A DNA stretch of 64,000 nt from an uncultured Nitrospiraceae bacterium. GTDB taxonomy: Bacteria; Nitrospirota; Thermodesulfovibrionia; Thermodesulfovibrionales; UBA6898. Numbering within the stretch: the first letter of the stretch is position 1; each line of letters opens with the position of its first letter. This document shows positions 60,944 through 64,000 of this stretch, piece by piece. The DNA is taken from positions 992,001-1,056,000 of the forward strand of contig CAWEQH010000010.1 in NCBI GenBank assembly GCA_963811165.1, written 5' to 3'. Position numbers and translations under genes: made by a program. The notes beneath the pieces were generated by a model that was not told the origin of the DNA, did not search any database, and worked only from the letters and a program-made list of their open reading frames with translations.

Positions 60944-62431
60944 ATGAGAAAAAGATTTTTTTTAAGACTGGCTCCGTTTCTGGCGATAATGGCGACCATA
61001 GTATTTTTGTCTGCATGCCAGAAGCCGAAGCCGCAACCGGTCAAGACCGTTCAGATACCCGACGGAGAAGTAGATCCGGAGGTGTGGGGTAAAGCCTATC
61101 CTGCGGAATATGAACTCTGGAAGAAGACCGAGGAACCAGCACCTGCCGGTAAGAGCAAGTACAAGAGAGGGTTTACCACCGACAGGATCACCTATGACAA
61201 GCTTTCCGAATTCCCGTACATGGCACTCCTTTTCAATGGCTGGGGGTTCGGGGTTGAGTACAATGAGCCGCGCGGGCATGCAAATATGCTCCGCGACCAG
61301 CTCGAAGTCGATCCTTCGAGGGTCAAGGCTGGCGGCGCCTGTCTCACATGCAAGACGCCCTATGCCCCAAGGTTTGTAAAGGAGAAAGGCCTCGATTACT
61401 TCTCGAAGCCTTACCTGGAGGTGCTCAATTGGATCCCGGAGAAGCACAGGAAGCTGGGAGTAGCCTGTATTGACTGCCATGATAATAAAGACATGTCACT
61501 GAAGCTTTCGAGGGACTTCACCCTCATCAAGGCATTACAGAGTATGGGTGTTGATCCGCTAAAGCTGTCCCGGCAGGAGATGCGGTCAGCTGTCTGCGCC
61601 CAATGCCATGTCACCTATATGGTCCAGAAAAACCCTGAGATGCATTCGATAAATGTCATATTCCCCTGGGAAGGAAGCAAATGGGGCAATATCTCAATCG
61701 AGAACATCATCAGAAAACTCAGGAGTGATGAGTCGTACAAGGAATGGACACAAGGAGTTACAGGCTTCAAGCTGGCCTTCATCCGCCACCCCGAGTTCGA
61801 ACTGTTCTCGAATAACAGCGTACACTGGAAGGCAGGCGCTGCGTGCGCTGACTGTCATATGCCGTATACTATTGTCGGGGCAAGCAAGGTCTCTGACCAT
61901 CGCGTGATGAGTCCGGTCAAAAACGACTTTAAGGCCTGTCAGCAGTGCCACACCGAAAGCCCCGACTGGCTGAGAGACCAAGTGACTGCCATCCAGGACA
62001 GGACCGTCTCACTCATGCTCCGCTCCGGCTATGCCACGGCGACTGTTGCAAAGCTCTTTGAGATAGCACACAAGGCTCAGGCGGAGGGCAGGCAGATCGA
62101 CAAAACACTCTATGACAAGGCCAAGGACTTCTATGATGAAGCATTCTACCGTGTTGTCTTTGTCGGCGCAGAAAACTCCATCGGCTTTCATAACCCCACA
62201 GAGGCCACAAGAATCCTCGGGGATGCAACTGCCTTTGCAGGCAAAGCGGAAGGGCTGCTCAGACAGGCGCTCACCAAGGCCGGCGTCAACGTGCCGATGG
62301 TCGTGAACCTCGAGCTGAATAAATACCTGGACAACAGGGGACAAAAGAAACTCAAGTTCCAGAAGGGGGTCGAAATCAAGGACCCCTATGGCATTGAGGA
62401 AAGACTCTTGATGGTGGAACAAACAAAATAA
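60944..62431 (+). CDS. nrfA: Ammonia-forming cytochrome c nitrite reductase, catalytic pentaheme subunit
   Basis: LSAC lipobox-like; YNEPRGH; CLTCK active-site heme plus four CxxCH; HPEFE; AENS.GFH. Confidence 0.95.
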   Translation: MRKRFFLRLAPFLAIMATIVFLSACQKPKPQPVKTVQIPDGEVDPEVWGKAYPAEYELWKKTEEPAPAGKSKYKRGFTTDRITYDKLSEFPYMALLFNGWGFGVEYNEPRGHANMLRDQLEVDPSRVKAGGACLTCKTPYAPRFVKEKGLDYFSKPYLEVLNWIPEKHRKLGVACIDCHDNKDMSLKLSRDFTLIKALQSMGVDPLKLSRQEMRSAVCAQCHVTYMVQKNPEMHSINVIFPWEGSKWGNISIENIIRKLRSDESYKEWTQGVTGFKLAFIRHPEFELFSNNSVHWKAGAACADCHMPYTIVGASKVSDHRVMSPVKNDFKACQQCHTESPDWLRDQVTAIQDRTVSLMLRSGYATATVAKLFEIAHKAQAEGRQIDKTLYDKAKDFYDEAFYRVVFVGAENSIGFHNPTEATRILGDATAFAGKAEGLLRQALTKAGVNVPMVVNLELNKYLDNRGQKKLKFQKGVEIKDPYGIEERLLMVEQTK

Positions 62432-62443
62432 TCTCCCGGAAGA

Positions 62444-62467
62444 AGTCGGGGCCGAAAGGCCCCGACT
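62444..62467 (+). terminator. GC-rich hairpin after nrfA
   Basis: agtcggggcc-gaaa-ggccccgact; no clear U-tail. Confidence 0.6.
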
Positions 62468-62587
62468 CCCCCTCCTTGGAAATTATCTTTTTTAGGGCAG
62501 TCTGAAATATCCCCTGCAACGTTTCGATTGGCGACATTCTTGGCGTGTATGACGCGATCCATTCAGCCCCTGCGCAGGGCCTCTTTA

Positions 62588-63364
62588 CTACTCACCTGAA
62601 AGTTCGATGGTGAATCTTTCCAACAGATTGGCGAGATATTCGATATCGATATGCGCCTCTGCACCGCTGTCGAATAAAATTTTGCAATCGGCATCGAACT
62701 CTTCGTCGGCGGACCAGAAAGAAAGGAAAAGAGGCACATTCGGCAGGAGGTCGAACCTGAAGCTATAATCTGCCTTTAGCTTGTTTGAAGCTGCGGCACC
62801 ACCCAATTCCTCGCAACGCCGTCTTAAGCGGAGCTCATTATTATTGAAAATGACGGCCATCTTTCTCTCTGCGTTGCTCTGGAACGCCTTCACAAGGGAT
62901 GCGGTATGGGGAAAGTGCCCAAGCCCTATCCATTCCCCCGTGGGAGGTCTTGATGACTGTCTGCGTATATAATCACAGATAATTATCCTGGCCCAGGTGT
63001 CGCGGCTGCATACATTATTTTCGGATAAACCCTCTTTAAAAAGTTCGTATGTCTTATTAATCATTGTCAGCCGTATGGCCTCTTTGCCGCCAAAGGATAT
63101 ATACGCGCCGCCTACCGCTTCCGCCGCCTGCTTGAAATCGACACTTACCGCCTCTTTCTCGATCTCTTCCGCGACCTGCTCGTACCCTCCCGGGGACGCG
63201 GTAAGTGAATCAGTTTGCGGCCCGAGGGATGCCCCGTCTTTTACATAGGGGCAGCTAGACAGATCCGCCTGCGCTTTCTTAATCCTCATGGCAAAAACCA
63301 TACAAGTAGCTGAACCGCACTCCCCGCAGTTTGTCTTCGGAAGTTTTTTATAGATCTCTATCAT
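62588..63364 (-). CDS. Fe-S domain plus DUF3786 protein
   Basis: LPKTNCGECG..TC..FA...CP N-terminus; LP.VP....FW.ADEEF.A...ILFD. Confidence 0.85.
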   Translation of the reverse strand: MIEIYKKLPKTNCGECGSATCMVFAMRIKKAQADLSSCPYVKDGASLGPQTDSLTASPGGYEQVAEEIEKEAVSVDFKQAAEAVGGAYISFGGKEAIRLTMINKTYELFKEGLSENNVCSRDTWARIIICDYIRRQSSRPPTGEWIGLGHFPHTASLVKAFQSNAERKMAVIFNNNELRLRRRCEELGGAAASNKLKADYSFRFDLLPNVPLFLSFWSADEEFDADCKILFDSGAEAHIDIEYLANLLERFTIELSGE

Positions 63365-63444
63365 CTAAATTTTATCCAATTAAAAAATGAGCAAGGATGA
63401 TTTAGATATATTGTATCCGACTAGGTTCAGTACTCATATGACGT

Positions 63445-64000
63445 CACTAGTGTCCGGTTAAGAAGTGAATAAATTCAACTGGTTTTGATTTTCGAGCATA
63501 ACTGAACGTTCTTCGATAGTCTGAAATGCTTGTTGCAAAGGCATTTTCTCGAAAAGGGTAATCGAGAGAATCTGTAACAATGTATAAAGGGATGCATCGA
63601 GATTGAGCTTTTTCTTGATGATGGCGATGAGTACATACATGGAAACGGCGATCCAGATTTGGGTCTTCACAGCGTTTTCCGATGTACCATAAAACCGTTT
63701 GATGCGAAGATGCTGTTTGATCCATTTGAAGAACAGTTCGATCTGCCAACGGCTTTTGTAGAGTGCAGCGATTGTGAGTGCTGATAGAGTCGTGTTGTTG
63801 GTAAGAAAGATCAGAGTTTTGTCTCTCTCGATATCTTTGAAGCGAATACGACGCAAATGTTCGGGGTAATGACAATGACTGTAGTAGCCGTTCAACATAA
63901 TGCTCTGGTCGCAGATAATGCCAGAGGATCGGTCGACGGGCGCAGAGTATACGCGCCTTGCATTGAGGTTCGACTTTGTGCGGGTCACAAAGAAACTGCC
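63445..64000 (-). mobile_element. IS4-family insertion sequence, right end (continues beyond the window)
   Basis: Transposase C-terminus followed immediately by the terminal sequence CACTAGTGTCCGGTTAA (63445-63461). Confidence 0.88.
63458..64000 (-). CDS. IS4-family transposase (5'-partial)
   Basis: FLTNN and YREK signature LYKSRWQIELFFKWIKQ; FYGTSENAVKTQIW. Confidence 0.93.
   Translation of the reverse strand, partial: GSFFVTRTKSNLNARRVYSAPVDRSSGIICDQSIMLNGYYSHCHYPEHLRRIRFKDIERDKTLIFLTNNTTLSALTIAALYKSRWQIELFFKWIKQHLRIKRFYGTSENAVKTQIWIAVSMYVLIAIIKKKLNLDASLYTLLQILSITLFEKMPLQQAFQTIEERSVMLENQNQLNLFTS

Overview
Gene-dense bacterial chromosomal window. The gene content (NrfHA, a DsrC-like protein, c-type cytochromes, a sigma-54 two-component system) suggests an anaerobe, plausibly Nitrospirota or Desulfobacterota; this taxonomy is inferred only. 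In order it contains: (1) an envelope proteolysis cluster at about 2-18.5 kb (rhomboid, SppA, an M1-ChaN-PDZ fusion, an M16 pair, two HtrA) interleaved with a GH15/glucose dehydrogenase pair and a cytochrome c peroxidase; (2) a three-gene module with a DpaA/YafK-like enzyme, a LysM L,D-transpeptidase and an Lpp/OprI-like lipoprotein ending in ...RK; (3) USP plus a P3A H+-ATPase; (4) a sigma-54-driven tandem MFS pair next to a heme-c sensor kinase and NtrC-type regulator; (5) a secreted Asp-box repeat protein; (6) metF, a Cys-less DsrC homolog, and TrxR-like, OsmC and ferredoxin genes; (7) a GEMM (c-di-GMP-I-like) riboswitch before a CBS gene; (8) a third HtrA, NfuA, an amino acid ABC transporter and a PEP synthase/PPDK regulator; (9) an adhesin-like 26-aa repeat protein with a GEMM-like leader relic; (10) a hemerythrin/DUF438/nrfHA nitrite-nitrosative cluster; and (11) the end of an IS4 element. 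At least six genes carry single-base indels that look like sequencing errors rather than real pseudogenes. I saw no rRNA, tRNA or CRISPR array. All family assignments come from motif recognition by eye, not database searches.
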